Positions 37,101 through 50,512 of a DNA stretch of 64,000 nt are shown here, piece by piece (the stretch's first letter is position 1; each line of letters begins with the position of its first letter). Source of the DNA: Kondoa subrosea (Eukaryota). The position numbers were made by a program, and so were the translations under genes. The DNA lies in the NCBI GenBank assembly GCA_039545335.1, contig BCIN01000010.1, positions 329,804-393,803 on the forward strand, read 5' to 3'. The notes below the pieces were generated by a model. The model worked only from the letters and a program-made list of their open reading frames with translations. It ran no database searches and was not told where the DNA came from.

Positions 37101-37617
37101 TGCAGGAATGTGCGTCCCGAGCGAAGCGGTATTTTTACTCACTAACGACAGTTTCCAGTTCTTTGCGAATAATCACATCAAGCTGAATTTGGACGCAGTC
37201 CTTGAAGAGAAGGCTCGAAAGGAATCTCTTCCAGCTCAACAGCCGCTCCAAGGACGCAAGCAAGCCTTCTTTCCGGTGCTTTCGGTAGCCGCGAATCATA
37301 CGTCGCCTCCTACTCCGATAGCTCGACTAGGGAATGGTATGCGACTAAGTAATCTACTGAACGGAGGCGACTTCGAACAAATGCAAACTAGCGCAAGTCA
37401 AACAGACTGGTTTGGGAACGACGAAGCCAATGCGCAAACAGGCGATGAATCGCCGGCCCCAAATACGTTTCAAGCTCCACTCAGTTACTCCTCCTATGCG
37501 CCTCGTCATCCCTACAATGGTCTAGGCCATCATCTCTCATCGCTTCCCCCAGCTCCAGCAGAACTGCGAGGGGATTACTCGACAGGATATGTGAGGGTGC
37601 ACTTTAATCCACCATAG
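34173..37617 (+). CDS. SNT1: Double SANT/Myb-domain co-repressor (Snt1/NCoR-like)
   Basis: SANT1 WSDVEVEIFCKRYASYPKQFGKIATYLPDKNTQQCILFYY; SANT2 SYWSDFEKQDFIRLLGVHGRDYPSIA. Confidence 0.8.
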
Positions 37618-37635
37618 CGCGGACTGCATTGTAAT

Positions 37636-39627
37636 TCATTGTCCTTGTCCATTCTCTGCTTGTTCCAGAGCTTGAGCAAACCATTGCTTCAGGGTATCAA
37701 TGTTCTCCAGTCCCACTGCTACACGGACTAAGTTCTCCTCCACTCCCCACTTTCCTGCCCAGTCCAGCTCTGTCCAGTGTGCAAGCACGGTGTATGGACA
37801 TGCGAGAGTAAAATTGGTGCCCAGCGAGGGTCCTTTGGCGCATTGTAGATGATCGTAAAATCGCTGAGATGCTTCTAGGCCAGAAAAAGTCAAACTGAAC
37901 AAACCACCAAATCCTGCTGTTGACCCTTTAGTTGATGCTTTCATGCACTTCCTATAATTGTTCGTAGTGACTGTCTTAGGGTAGTAGACTTCTTTCAAGA
38001 TTGAGCTACATTCGAGTTTTCCAACAAGGAAATCGGTGAGTTGCTCTGCATTATGATTGATTCGTCTGACCCGAGCTTCAAAATTACGAGAGTTGCGTTC
38101 AAGGAAAAGAGCATCTTCGTCGAAAAAGGTATCTTCAAAAATGTGTTTCAATGTTCTTTTCAAGGTGCGATAATAGCGCAGATTCGGATTGAGTATAAGG
38201 CTTGATGTGGAATAAGCCAGCAATACCATCAGAAAGAATTCATGAGCGCTTACCTGCCTCCCATGACATTTCCGTCACCGCTAAATACTTTCGTCAAGCT
38301 GCTGACCGTAATATCTGTCAAAGGCAACACTTCGACATTGACGAACGTCCCGATCGTCTCGTCGACAATTAAGAGAAAGCCAAATTGATTTGCCAACTTT
38401 CGCAATCGCGGCAGATTACAGGACCGTAGAAGTGGATTCGATGGAAATTCGGTGAAAACAGACAAGATTTGCGGTTCGTCTTCCGTCCTCGATTCTAGCA
38501 ATCTCTCAAAATCATCCAAATCCGCCTCGGACCCTTCACCAAAATGAATACACCCTGGTCCCCATTTTTGCAAGATCTTCAAAGTATCTGTATACGGGAA
38601 TCCGAAGCAAACACTCTTGCCGACAGGAAGTCCTTGATCTAGACGGTGTTGTATCGCTAGGCGATGCGCATGGTAAATAGCGCTCATGCCTGTTGAATAA
38701 AGAAAGACATCGTCCTCGACGATGCCACCAGCTCTTGAATCTGATTCAATATGAGAGGCTTGGATGCTTTGAGCCAGTGATTCGGCTTCTTGGGAAACAT
38801 CTAGATCGAAAGAGGGAGTGACTAAATTCGGATCCGAATCCCGTAAGACACCTGCTATTCTTCGCCTTAAGGCGACTTTAGCCAGAGGTGCCAGTCGTCG
38901 AGCTAGATTCCGGCCATAACGTTCTTCCACATATCGAAGTGGATCATCTTCCTTTTCGTTTTCGTGTGAAATTTCCGCGTCCAGACCAGACAAGGGACCG
39001 GCTTCAGTAGCTGCCAGAATATCGGTTACACTAGCTTTGGCATAATGCTTATTTCTTGCAAAGCCGCGATTGGAGATTCCGCTTCGGTCGCTACTCGCAG
39101 AAGGGCCATGTATGGCATTCAGACAGCGAGCAGCAAAACGACTCGAGATGCCGTCGCCTGTATGTTGCCAGAATTGCTTGCCGACTGGAGCATCTTCTAT
39201 ACTCAGAAAGACTGGGAAAAGGTGCAGGTCTTCGTCTTTTGACGAAATGGGCAAATGAGCGACACGGGCTGGAACAACTGGCTCGCGGGAATGCAAGAAT
39301 GCTTGACAATCTGCAGCAATACGAGCAGTCGGAAAGAGATAGCACATCTCGCCTTCATTACCAAGCAGCTCGGTGCAGTGGTCAGCCAACTTGAAATTCG
39401 CGAATCAGCTGTAGGTGAGCTGCGAGTACGGGCCGTGAGCGCACCTTAGTGATTAGCTTGTTGACAAAGAATCTGGGATAGCCTATCTGCATAGCATTGA
39501 CCACTCTTGCGTTTCCCTTTTCATAATCGGTACAATCCAGCCAAGTTGGCAGCGACACGCTTGTCGCATGTAATTCGTTGGCTGGGATCGAGTAGCCCAA
39601 TGCTGAGGGTACGAGGCTGCCAGGCAT
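37636..39627 (-). CDS. STR2: Cystathionine gamma-synthase
   Basis: HATSVSLPTW, GYPRFF, YVEERYGRNL, FGFPYTDTLKIL, SSLTKVFSGDGNVMGG and AKGPSLGTNFTL motifs. Confidence 0.92.
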
Positions 39628-39747
39628 GCAAAAAAGCGCCGCTCGCGGATTCGAGGTTTGATAACAACAATAATTCGATCATGATACAGTACCAATCTGC
39701 CTTGTAACAAGCTACTTCACAGTACAGCATCGCCTAGCAATGGCAGA

Positions 39748-42700
39748 TCATATGTCCTCTTCTTCTTCCTCGCTGTCTTCTACCAGATCCTCAAGTCCGC
39801 TACTTTCCTCAGCACCTCTGTTGAGATCATTCAGCATATATGCGGATTTGATAACATACGTAACCCACTCTTCTCGTAATACTTTGGATATTTCGTCTTG
39901 AATTTTCGCTTGCTCGGCAGCTTTTCGTGCTGAAGTTGCGCTAACTCTTGAAGACGCCCGCGTCGATCGACTAGTAGCTGGTCAAGATATGCTCTAATAT
40001 GCGAGAGCATTGACTCACGCGTTGCTGTTGGGTATCTTGCTTTCCTCCACTGGCACATCTTCCTCTTCCGATTCAACAACGGACATAGCAGCGACAGAGT
40101 GCGAACGCGCTCGACTGCGTTTGGGGCTGTGTGGCAGAAATTCAGCACGGTTGACTATCGCAGAAGACTGCACGCACGCAGCATTAGATTTCTTCTTAGC
40201 CGGCATTTTCTTGGCTTTGGCTCGAGGTACTCCGGCAGCATCTTCGCGTTCCATCTCCTCCCTAATGAAGTCCTGCACCTTCGCAAAGAGCTGCGCTTCT
40301 TCGGTCTCGTTGATTCGATTCAATTGTGCGTGCTCAGCGTCGTCCATAACCTTGGCTCTTTCGCCGTACATTTTGTAGATGGTCGAATTCAATCTGATGA
40401 GCGTATTGCGAGATAATGCGTCACCAAGCGGACGCTGTTCCTGTACAGAGGTGACAAGGTACAGCAGTGATCGGATTCGCCACTCATCCAATTCTGGTGG
40501 TAGATACAACTTGCCAAGGAGTTGACATAATCGTTTGCGCTCATCCTCTACTCGATCATGTCAGAGAGAAGAAGTGCTAACAGCGTTCGTCGACTCACTA
40601 ATAGTCTCGGTGTATATCGACTTCAGCAACGACATGGCAAGATCGACATGCAGCAGCTGATCAACGGCAGTAGCATCGCTGGTACTGTCATAGATCGGAA
40701 ATCAGTGGTAGTTCGAACAATCCCGCGATATGTTTACACTGCTCTTGTCGGGTCTGTCCAGTCCATAAGCTGCAGAGCAATTTGCATGGGTGAGATCATG
40801 CCGGTGCTATCTTCTGCGTCGTTGAATTCGTCTTTCAGAATCTGAAGAGTCGGCAAGAGGATCTGCTCAACAGTGCATAAGCCATTTTCCGCAACGCACA
40901 GAAACCCTGACCTCTAACATTCTTCTCTGGTTGAGGGGCGAAGAATAGCAATATACTGGAAAGAAGTAAGTGAGACATTGTCGTAGATCTTGATTTGAGG
41001 CGGTTTCGGGAGCGAAATAGACTATAACGAGTTTTTGCAGGATCTGCAGTTGTGAAACTCAGCTTATAGAATCGCAATTTAAATATTTCAGACGAACACT
41101 AGAGTCGCTGACTACTCCCGAGAGCATCAACTTAGCAATGCCTATCGTGGCTATTGCCTGAACGCCCGGATCCTGCTCTAGTGCATGCGCAATGAATTCT
41201 AGCACTCGGTCAGGCTTCAGAGATGGTCAGTACATGGCCCGCAGAAGATTCTGTCACGCACACCATGTCCCTTGTCGGACAGGAAACTGATGCCGTAAAT
41301 CGTGAAAAGGTCAAAGATAATCTGATAGACCTTCTCTTGTAAAATGCCTTCTGTATTGACAGCTTGGTTGACAAACAATCCGAATGATTCGATAGCCATA
41401 CTCTGTTGCTTGTAAGCCCTAATCCGCTAGCAAGCATATGAATTCACCTTGTCAAGTAAACAGCATAATCCGAGGCAAACGATACCCGCCTCTCTCACTT
41501 GAGCTTCTTTGCTTCGCACTGAGGGCACTATTACTTCGTGAACCAAACCGCTGAGAGTAGAATTATCTTGTAGAGTCTATGCGCAAGTTTAGCAGCAAAG
41601 TGGAAGGTCGAAGTGATACTTACTCCAACAACTCTCTCAAGGAGCGCTTGTATGATGCTGAGGCAGCGAAGATGGACTTCTGTCTTGTCTTCCTCAAGCG
41701 TTTGCGTCGCAAATTTGATGTTTCGGTCTGCTTCCTGCCCTTCTCCTCGCAAAACCGCTTCGATTTCAGCAGCCGCCTCATCGTCGTCGTCCTCGTCGTC
41801 TTCTCCCGGTGCGCGAGTGATGCCTGCCACATTTGCGTCCTCTCGTAATTCCTGAACGATCTCGACGACCACTCTGAAGAAATCCCTCTCGTTCGTTGCG
41901 AGTTTAGACAGAATGTCGAAGCATGGTGGTATTAAGGCGAGAGGTAAAGCCGAATGCGAAATCATCTCGCCTATACATACCACACATTTAGCATTGGGGC
42001 GTATTGCGATGCAGCAATCAGACTGACGCATGAAAGCAAACATTTTCCGCCTGCCCGCCTCATCGGAGAAGTCAAGGAATAGTGCCATGCCCAAAAGTTG
42101 TGTCAGGACGAAGCTACGTTCTGCAAGACTCTCGTGCTGGGCTTCCGAATCGGTTTGGAGATCCTCTTGTAGGTTGTTCCAAATATGCTCGATTCTGTAG
42201 GCTAAAGCTGTTGCTACAGGTAAGAGCTCTTCCGTCCGCACGTCGTTTCCAGTCTCTCGCAAGAAGCTGATTGTAGCTCGAGCGAGGAAAGCAGTAACTG
42301 GGCTGATATTCGACCAGAAATCGTCTGCCATACATGATTTCAGCACTCTCCGGTAACGTTGACAAGACTCGAAGAATGACCATCAAAGTTGAGTTGGTCC
42401 AACAAGTCTCGGCGACTTTCCAAAATTGCAAACAGCCCTTCTTCCAGAATTCTATTCTCTTCCAGAGTTGCGTCCAGGATTGCAAAACTTTCCAGCAAAG
42501 CGCAAAGATCGTCGCCTGCCCATTTGCCTATCAATTTGCTGCCCGACTTCTGGACGGAGGGTTCGCGATCTTTGAGTCCGCGCTTTATAATTTGTAACTT
42601 TTGCTGATCTGACAGAGAAGTGTAAGGTAGATCAATGAGTGATACCTGAAAAGTAAGTCTCCGGTTGTTGATATCTACATCCCTTGTTCGAGAAAGGATA

Positions 42701-43527
42701 GATGGTAGTAAGGCTGGTTCCAAATCAAGCTGGAACAGGGCGGCTCTTCGAACTTCTGCTGAGGGATCATGCGACATGATTCGCAGTAAAGCTTTGGTTG
42801 GTGACGTTTCAGCTTCCTCGTCCGAGTCTGCTGCTTCTGGATCGAAATCGGACTCTAGGGCAGAGGTATTTTGCAGTTTCGATAAAGCGATGACAGCTTG
42901 AACGCGAACTGAAGCTTCTTTATCGCGGACGCGTTCCAAGAGGCAATCTCTCAGCAAATTGTATAAGTCTTCGTCTAGTTCTCCCAAGCCGTTGATCATC
43001 TGCGCGACAAGTTGAGCACATCGAAATCGCACTACCTTGTTCTTGGCGATGAAGCCTTTAAGCAGATGCTTAAGTAGGGAAGAAGAGAATCTTGCCGCTG
43101 GAGTATCTTCCATTTCATCTTCTTCCGCTTGATTTGCTGCGTTTTTCGCAGCTATCCCAATTGCGCTCAGCGAAACAATGCCTTTCGACGCTGACACCAC
43201 AAACGGACCTTCTTCGTGCGCCAGAGCGGCGAAGCTGGCGACAAATTTGACGATTCTATCAGCTTGCGTGACTCCTTTCTTGAGATCCAAAACTCTATCA
43301 ACGCAGTCTTTGAACTTGACCAGAAACTCCTTCTCGCCTGTCAGCCTGATGGAAGAGCCATCTTCAGATTGAGTAGTATGAGCTGCACAACTTGCAAAGA
43401 TCTTGTAGAGTCCAGCAAGAGATCTTCTATGCGCAGAAGTCGAAGTCTGGGCTGACGCAAAGAGCGCCGGTATTTGTTCCAGGTCCACGAGGGGGGATTT
43501 GACTATGCTAGGTCCAATACGAGGCAT
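39748..43527 (-). CDS. YCG1: Condensin HEAT subunit CAP-G
   Basis: AKNKVVRFRCAQLVA, RVRDKEASVRVQAVIALSKLQ, HDPSAEVRRAAL and LDFSDEAGRRKMF motifs. Confidence 0.92.
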
Positions 43528-43783
43528 AATGGACGCGTCCTTTGCTTCTTCTCCTTTGCAGGTTCAGGATCCTTTGTTTTGTTTTCAAGCCAATATTCAA
43601 AGAGAGCCCTCTGAGGCTTGAGTCCTGCGAAAGAGATAAATGTGGTATAGCTGCAGCTGGCGAAGGTGAATCTACCGAGTAAGTAGTTTGGAAGCAAGCC
43701 ATATTGCTCTTTGCCTTTGTTTTGCAGAACCATTTCTTGAATTGCCTCTGTGATACTACTCGCAAGTTCGAGAACGAGCGCGA

Positions 43784-44710
43784 ATGGGAGATCAAGAGAA
43801 GAAGAGGCACTCGCGCAAAGAAGATACAGCTGAAGTCAAATTCAGTAAAGCGCTGTCAAGTATATTGAGACACAATGCTGCGAAGGAGGGACTGTATATG
43901 CGCTCTGATGGCTACGTGCAAGTTGATGCACTGGTATAGTCGTTGACTGCATCTCATCCGTCCGCTTGCTCAACTCAATCCTAGCTCAAGAGACCTAAAC
44001 TGAAAGGTCTAGATTTGGACATGCTCCAAGCTATAGTACAGAATAACGCCAAGCAACGGTTCGCCCTGTCAGCTGAACCAGACGAAGCTGGACATACAGT
44101 ACTGTGGATAAGAGCGAATCAAGGACATTCGGTAGCCGTAAGTTCTAGCAATTTCTCTGTCTGAAGATTGCTTAATAGGCCTGCTGCATAGGTTGAAGAT
44201 CTGGATTTGCATCTGATTACCAGCGCGGAAGACATTCCTGTGACTGTGCATGGGACCTATCAGCGCTTGTGGCCGCAAATAGGTATGACCCTCGACAAGT
44301 CGTTCATGCCGATATTCGAATGGCATTTCTAGCTCGAGAAGGGCTCAAAGTGATGCAGAGGAATCACATGCATTTCGCGACAGGTTTGGCAGATGCGGAA
44401 ACCGTTACCAGCGGTGAGTGCTTTGCTTTTGCAATAGATCTAAAGAGTTGTGAATATGCTATGCCAGGTATGCGCAGTACATGTAATGTCTTTATTTACA
44501 TCGATGTTGCGCAGGCAATGGCGGGTCAGTCCCCTTTTACGATGCATCATATCAGCTGTATTGATGTGCTTAAGTAGATGGGATTGTCTTTCTCCGCTCT
44601 GCCAATGGTGTGATCTTGACGAATGGCGTGTCTGGGCTTTTGGCGCCAAAGTATTTCATTCAAGTAGTCAGTAAATCAGGCGAACATCTACTGGCTCCAA
44701 AAGCACTTGA
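43784..44710 (+). CDS. TPT1: tRNA 2'-phosphotransferase (Tpt1/KptA)
   Basis: SKALSSILRHNA, NAKQRFAL, WIRANQGHS, VHGTY, RNHMHFA and SANGVILT motifs across exons. Confidence 0.92.
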
Positions 44711-44996
44711 AGATCACTGCAAAAGGACGTCAGCATGAAGCTGATCTTGTGATAAGGTACCTACCTATCCTCGACATCCTTACATGGACCCATGGCATGT
44801 CGAAGTTCGCCTCTACCGACATGCAACAGCGCGACCAGAGCCATAGAGGTAGCGCTTTCAATGTTTGTCAGGCATTCATTTCATCGTTGAGGGCGTACAC
44901 TTCTCGTATGCACATCCGGACGCGTATGGAGCAAAAGTCGTTTAAAGAACATCGAGATGATCTATAATGTAATAAATAGCTATCAGATAGACTACC

Positions 44997-46094
44997 ATGA
45001 CTTCCGGCCTTTCACAGTCGCAAATCAGACCAACCACTCCTATTCGACGCATTTCACGTGGATCTCTGAGCCACTCCTTGAGCAATGGCGCAGAAAACCC
45101 TTTTGACAAATTGGCCCCTCTATTTACAGAACTTGCGGACTCTGTTGAAGTCCTAGCAGAGAACTTTACACTCTTGAATGCAGTCAACGATGAATTGGAC
45201 TCCTTCAATAACTCCTTCGCCGCTTTCCTCTATGGCCTGAAGATGAACGCCTACACTACGGATTTCACAGAATGCCCTGTTCCGCTCAATTTCGATTTGG
45301 ATAGGCAAAGAAGTGAGAAGGCTGCTCAGTTACGGATGGAAAGGAACAATGCACAAAGTCTCGCTGTTAGCTCGTCAGGCGAAGAAGAGGAAGATGCCTT
45401 GGCAGCTGCAGAAACAACTTATCAATCCTTTGCTGCTGCTGGTCACGAAGATGAGACTTATAGAAGGAATGGTTCTTCTGTACGTGGCTCAAGAGGGCGG
45501 GGAAGAGGCAGAGGCGGTGTCAGTTCCAAGGCTGCATTGCGTAAACGAGAGCAGGCTATGCAGTGGGTCGTGAGCGTAGTTGAGACATTGGAGATCAAGT
45601 ACAGGGAAGAGCAGGTCTGCTTACATCTGATTCCGCGTGCTCGAGGCTGACATTATTTGGCGTATAAAGCGGTTCCGAGGCGAGATGGAGCAAATACTGT
45701 TGATTTTGCGTGACGCTCCCCCTCAAGGACTGTCAGTCACAGTACAATAATCGCTGAGTTGTGCTGATGTCTAATCATAGGCGTAGTCAGCTCATGTTGT
45801 TGTAAATTCGAGCCTCTTCTCATTCGCTTTGCAGTTCCCGACATGGTTAGGATATCTTCGCCTGTACTGCAGACGCATCGCGTCAATGCAGGTGAGATGC
45901 CATTATTGAAGCTTGGCTCAATATTGACAGAATCTCGCAGCTCTCATATCGTTAACTCGAGCACGGCATGTTACCAAAATCGGCACGGGGCAGGTCAGTC
46001 CTTTCACAAGGTCAGCGGACAATCAGATCTTATACTGAAATACGCTATTAAGGGAGTCGTTTTTGCTCTAAATCGTGCAAAGCACCCAGCTTAA
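44997..46094 (+). CDS. DAM1: DASH complex subunit Dam1 with C-terminal extension
   Basis: RPTTPIRRISRGS..ELADSVEVL..LDSFNNSFAAFLYGLKMNAYTTDFTECP core; spliced tail ends GVVFALNRAKHPA*. Confidence 0.88.
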
Positions 46095-48217
46095 TCCTTT
46101 GACTCCTCTTGTTCAGCAGAAGCATTTTCAGTAGTTGCATCTCCACTGGCTAAAGTCACTGGACTCTCCACTGAGTCGTCAACTGAAGCATTGACAGCTT
46201 CCATCTTCTCTTCTTTCGCTGCGAGAGGAATTTCGGCTTCGGCTGAAGCTCGGCGAGATAGAACAAGGGTATCACTTTCGGTCGAGACTTCCTTCTTTGC
46301 TCCTGCACCCGGGAGTGGAACGGCACCTGACGCCTTCGCGATGCGAGCTTTGGCGGCTGCTATCCTATCTTTCGTTGTTTTATCCTGAAATGCGAAAATG
46401 CAGTCAGAATAACCTCGAGAAAGGCTAGAGAAATGCTCACCTGGTGGTCTATGTACCATTTTTGCCTCTCCTCTAAAGCCTCGACAGTTTTTGGAAGATC
46501 GGCCTGAGACAGAGGTGTAGGCACGTTGAGATGCAGTAAAGCCGCCAATGTCGACATAGGCAAGTTGAGACTTTGGGAGCTCGCACTTGATGCAGTGGTT
46601 GCTTCACCGTTCTCTTGAACCGCTTTAGCTGCCTTGCGGCCTTTCTTGCCTTTCTTTCCAGCTCCTCCACCAAACATCATATCTTCGTCGTCTTCGCCCT
46701 TCTTTTTTAAGGCCATAGCACCTTCTGGAATAGTGTTTTCTACTTGGCGGATCTCCAGGGTTGGTAGACGAGACAGTCCTCCTTCAGGTACTCCGTTTGC
46801 ATTGGCGCTAGCTAAAGTGGGTGTAGGCATTGCACTCCCATGCTTGCCACCGCCTCCAGAGAAATATTGGATCAGAGTTCGAGTGTCTTCGATTTCGCGT
46901 TCATAGCTGGAGACAATGAAGGTTCAGAACTTGACGCGGCTGGTCTCTGGATCACGTACGCAGGAGCAGAAGCTTCTTCTAGCAGACGTTCATTGATCTC
47001 ATCCCGCTTCTCCTTTTCTTGAGCAGCTCGTTCGGCTTTTTGCCGTTCGATACGACGAGCTTTGTCTTCATTGATCTTCTGATCTGTTTGAAGGAAAACC
47101 AACATCAGTTTTATAACTATTGAGCGGCTGTCCTTTTTTCACGGACAATATGCATCATTAGCTTGTTTGAAGGAAGTACGAAGCTCCTTTTTGGCTGTCC
47201 ACTGCTCATCGATCTTCTTTCTCAACTCATCACGTTCTGCATACAGCTTGTTGCGGCTTTCAAAAGCGGTATCTTGAGATTTATTCAGATCGTCTAATTG
47301 TTGTTTGAGAGAGTTGTAGTTGTCGTTGGCTGCTTTAGCCTCAGGGTTGTCGAGTTCAGCCTTGATCTCATCGATTTTCTTGCGATCAGCGTCAATGGCC
47401 TGTTGTTGAGCTGTAAAAGATTCGACCGTTTTCCTGCTCTTCTTGAGGCTGATATTATCAGACGAACTTATCAGAAACTAGAGATCGAAGCGACGGCAGT
47501 GTGGTGTGACATACTTTGAGATTTCGTTGAGGATCTTTCGCTCTTCAACGAGTTTGAGTTGACCAGATTCCACTTGCTTGTCAAGACTCTTGATCTGATT
47601 ATCTACATCTTGTACAGACTTGTATGGAAATTTGCTCTTTGCGTCAGTCAAAACCTTGAGCTGGCATGAAACTTCATTACAGCGACTCTAACAACCAAGC
47701 GAATGTACAGACCTTGGCCGCCATTTTGTCCTGCAAGGTCTTCAACTGAGTCATAGTCTTGTCACGACCAGATTTATGACCAGCTTGAGCACCGCGCAGT
47801 TCGGCCATTTCTTGACGGAGTTGGTTGCGACGCTCGTTCGCTGATCCAGATTTGGGATCATTGCTTTTGATTTTGTTCTGCAAAGCATCCTTTTGTTCGC
47901 AATATGTATTGTAAGCTGGCGCAGTCAGTCAATGAATACCGAACTGACCAATTGCGCTTGAAGTGCCGAGATTTCTTTGTCGTACACTGCGATTTGTCTA
48001 TCATGAGCACTGCAAATCGTCCACCATTAGGATCAGCTCCCGCACTGGCTGTGCAATGATCCAGTACTGACTCTTTGTTTGGCTTTGAACTTTGAGAGGA
48101 TTTGTCGTTTTGAGTGCTCAGAATCTCTCTGTCGGACTGCAGCGAGGCTACCGGAGTAGCTTTGGTGGTCTTTTTCCCGCCTGCGGTCTTCGCGGCGCCT
48201 GGGATCACACGAGACAT
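46091..48217 (-). CDS. BFR1: Bfr1-like coiled-coil protein
   Basis: KFPYKSVQDVDNQIKSLDKQVESGQLKLVEERKILNEIS; ALKKKGEDDEDMMFGG..GKKG; LNLPMSTLAAL. Confidence 0.85.
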
Positions 48218-48351
48218 GCTTGCTTGGGGACAAGGATTATTTGATGGGCCAGGCTTCCAAAGACATCATCGAGAGATTTGCGCGAGGCAGACATTCCGCT
48301 GATAAACTGCACTACAAATACATTCAACCTACTATAGCGAGACCCATATAT

Positions 48352-49180
48352 CTAGGTCAAGATAATGTCGTTCTGTTCAATCTTCAGCATGTTTCCCGCA
48401 GGGCACACACTTTGACTCACAAGTTTAGTCACATCAGCATGCAGCTCAGCATATGCAGCCTCTGCGGAAGATTGTTTCAACTCTGTCAAACGACCACCTC
48501 GAAGCAACTTACTGTATTCTTCCAAAGCGGCCTGCTTCTCAGGTATCCTGCCTGCAACCTTCATCATTTCCACAGCCTTCTTCCCCAATTTTGATGCATC
48601 AGGTACTAGCATAACACACGACGTTGGCCTCTTTGTAGCTGATGCTGCACCTAAATCTTCTTTCGAGACGACAAAGACGTATGGGTTGTGAGCATCTTCA
48701 GATAAGACAGGGAGATGTGAAAGAATGTCCATAGGTGAGATATCTGCAGCCAGGACCACGATGCTGTCGTTTCGTCAGACCAAACGAGTTCTACATGGAT
48801 TACTTAGAGACTAACCCTTTCTCGCCTTTACGCAGTGCTTTGACTACTTCTTTGACTCCTCGTTTGATATGTCTTTGCTTTGATGCTGTTGGAGATGAGA
48901 GATTTGAAACATTCCAAAGTAACTTGGGACACAGCAGCAACTCACCTTTTTTGACGGTTTTGAGTACTTTCTTGCCCATTTTAGCGCTGGCCAGCGGATG
49001 TGCGATAGGGCACAGTTCCAAAGCAGCTCGCTCTTCCTCCGTAGGACCCTTTGACTTCTTTGCTTTTTTCGCGGGCTTTTCTTCCTGGATATCCACTGAG
49101 GCATTCGTCTCATCGACTGCCATAGTCGTGTCCATACTTTCGTCGGCTGCTCGTTTCTTGCTCGATTTGTCTTTCGCCAT
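48352..49180 (-). CDS. NHP2: H/ACA snoRNP subunit Nhp2 (L7Ae family)
   Basis: PIAHPLA, IKRGVKEVVKALRKGEKG, LAADISPMDILSHLPVL and LGAASATKRPTS motifs. Confidence 0.95.
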
Positions 49181-49229
49181 TTGGATGTGCAGGGAAGAAG
49201 TGTGTTGAATTTAATGTTCGACTGCAGCA

Positions 49230-49956
49230 ATGAACACAGTCGATCGCAAAGTCAAGCTTGCGGAGGCTCTAGTGGCAGCTGCTCAACTATACGACGCTGA
49301 GATCGACGAAGAGATCATGGACCTGCTGCTCGAGGTCGTAGAATACCCTGATCCGATGCCTACTGGTGGAAATGCAGCAATGAGCCTGGACGAAATTGAA
49401 TGTACTCCTTTGGTCGCTTCTCTATATCCTTATGTGATCAATCTGTTGTCGCTGGATCAACCATTACTGTTTCTGGGAGAGGTACTGGACAGATTCTGTC
49501 AACCCCACGAAGAAGGGCAAGAGCTCGAGACTGTCAAGGTGATTGATTGCGAGATGTGCGAGAGGAGGATGCCTTTGACCGTTCATCATCTACTACCTGT
49601 GAGTTTCTCTCATCTGCAAGAATGTCGCCACTCTGAAGATATAATTCCAGCGAGCTGAGCATGCTCGCCTTATTGTAGGTGTCAAGTAGCTCCGACGTGT
49701 ATAACACTTAGTTGCTTGGGCTTAGAAACGCAAATTGGCTAGCAAGCAAGATTGTATCACACGAATCGCCTATCTTTGCCGTCAATGCCACAGCACGGTC
49801 CACCGACGTTTCTCGACCACTGAATTAGCTTTGGAGTATAATACCGTAGATCTGCTCCTCAAAGACAACAAGCTGGCGGTCTGGGCGGCCTATGCTGCTA
49901 AGCAAAAGACGGCAGCTGAGAACCGACCTAGCCATGGCCTACAGTACGCTCGTTGA
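49230..49956 (+). CDS. Small HNH-like zinc-binding protein (YisB-like)
   Basis: CEMCER..LTVHHLLP..IAYLCRQCHSTVH..ELALEYNT pattern. Confidence 0.8.
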
Positions 49957-50512
49957 GACAGATCAGGTACATGGTCATGAGCTCTCTTTCAATGACATAT
50001 CTGACTTCACGGATGAGAAGTTCCAAGCAAGAAATCGCAAGTCGTCTCTCCGACCGAAGCTTGCAGGATTCTCCTCCCCTCAAAATCTCATACCTGACTG
50101 TAACCTCATTTCATTGCGCAGACGAAATGGCCCGATGATTCTATGTAGAGAAGGTCCATTACGAAGGGTGTAAAAGCAGCAGCAGAGCCTGGTTTGTTGT
50201 ATCGCTGCCATCGATATAGTCAGCGCTTACCATTTGGCTAGGCTAGAACATCGCCGTTCGAGGCTGTGGCATGATCAACATTCTCGCCAAGAACAAGATT
50301 GTCACCTAAGCTGGTCAGCACAGGAGGATGTTTGATCGGTTATGCTGCCTGCGCTTGGGGTGGCTTCCAAGCTGGAAGAATCTGGATCAAAGCAAATGGG
50401 AGCATTGAGTTTTAATATGGGTTGTATAGAACAGCTGTCTGAACTTGTGCATAACAATTCCACTACGAATCGCCAACTTCCCCAATTGCTGTTTCCTTTG
50501 TCCGCAACTGCC

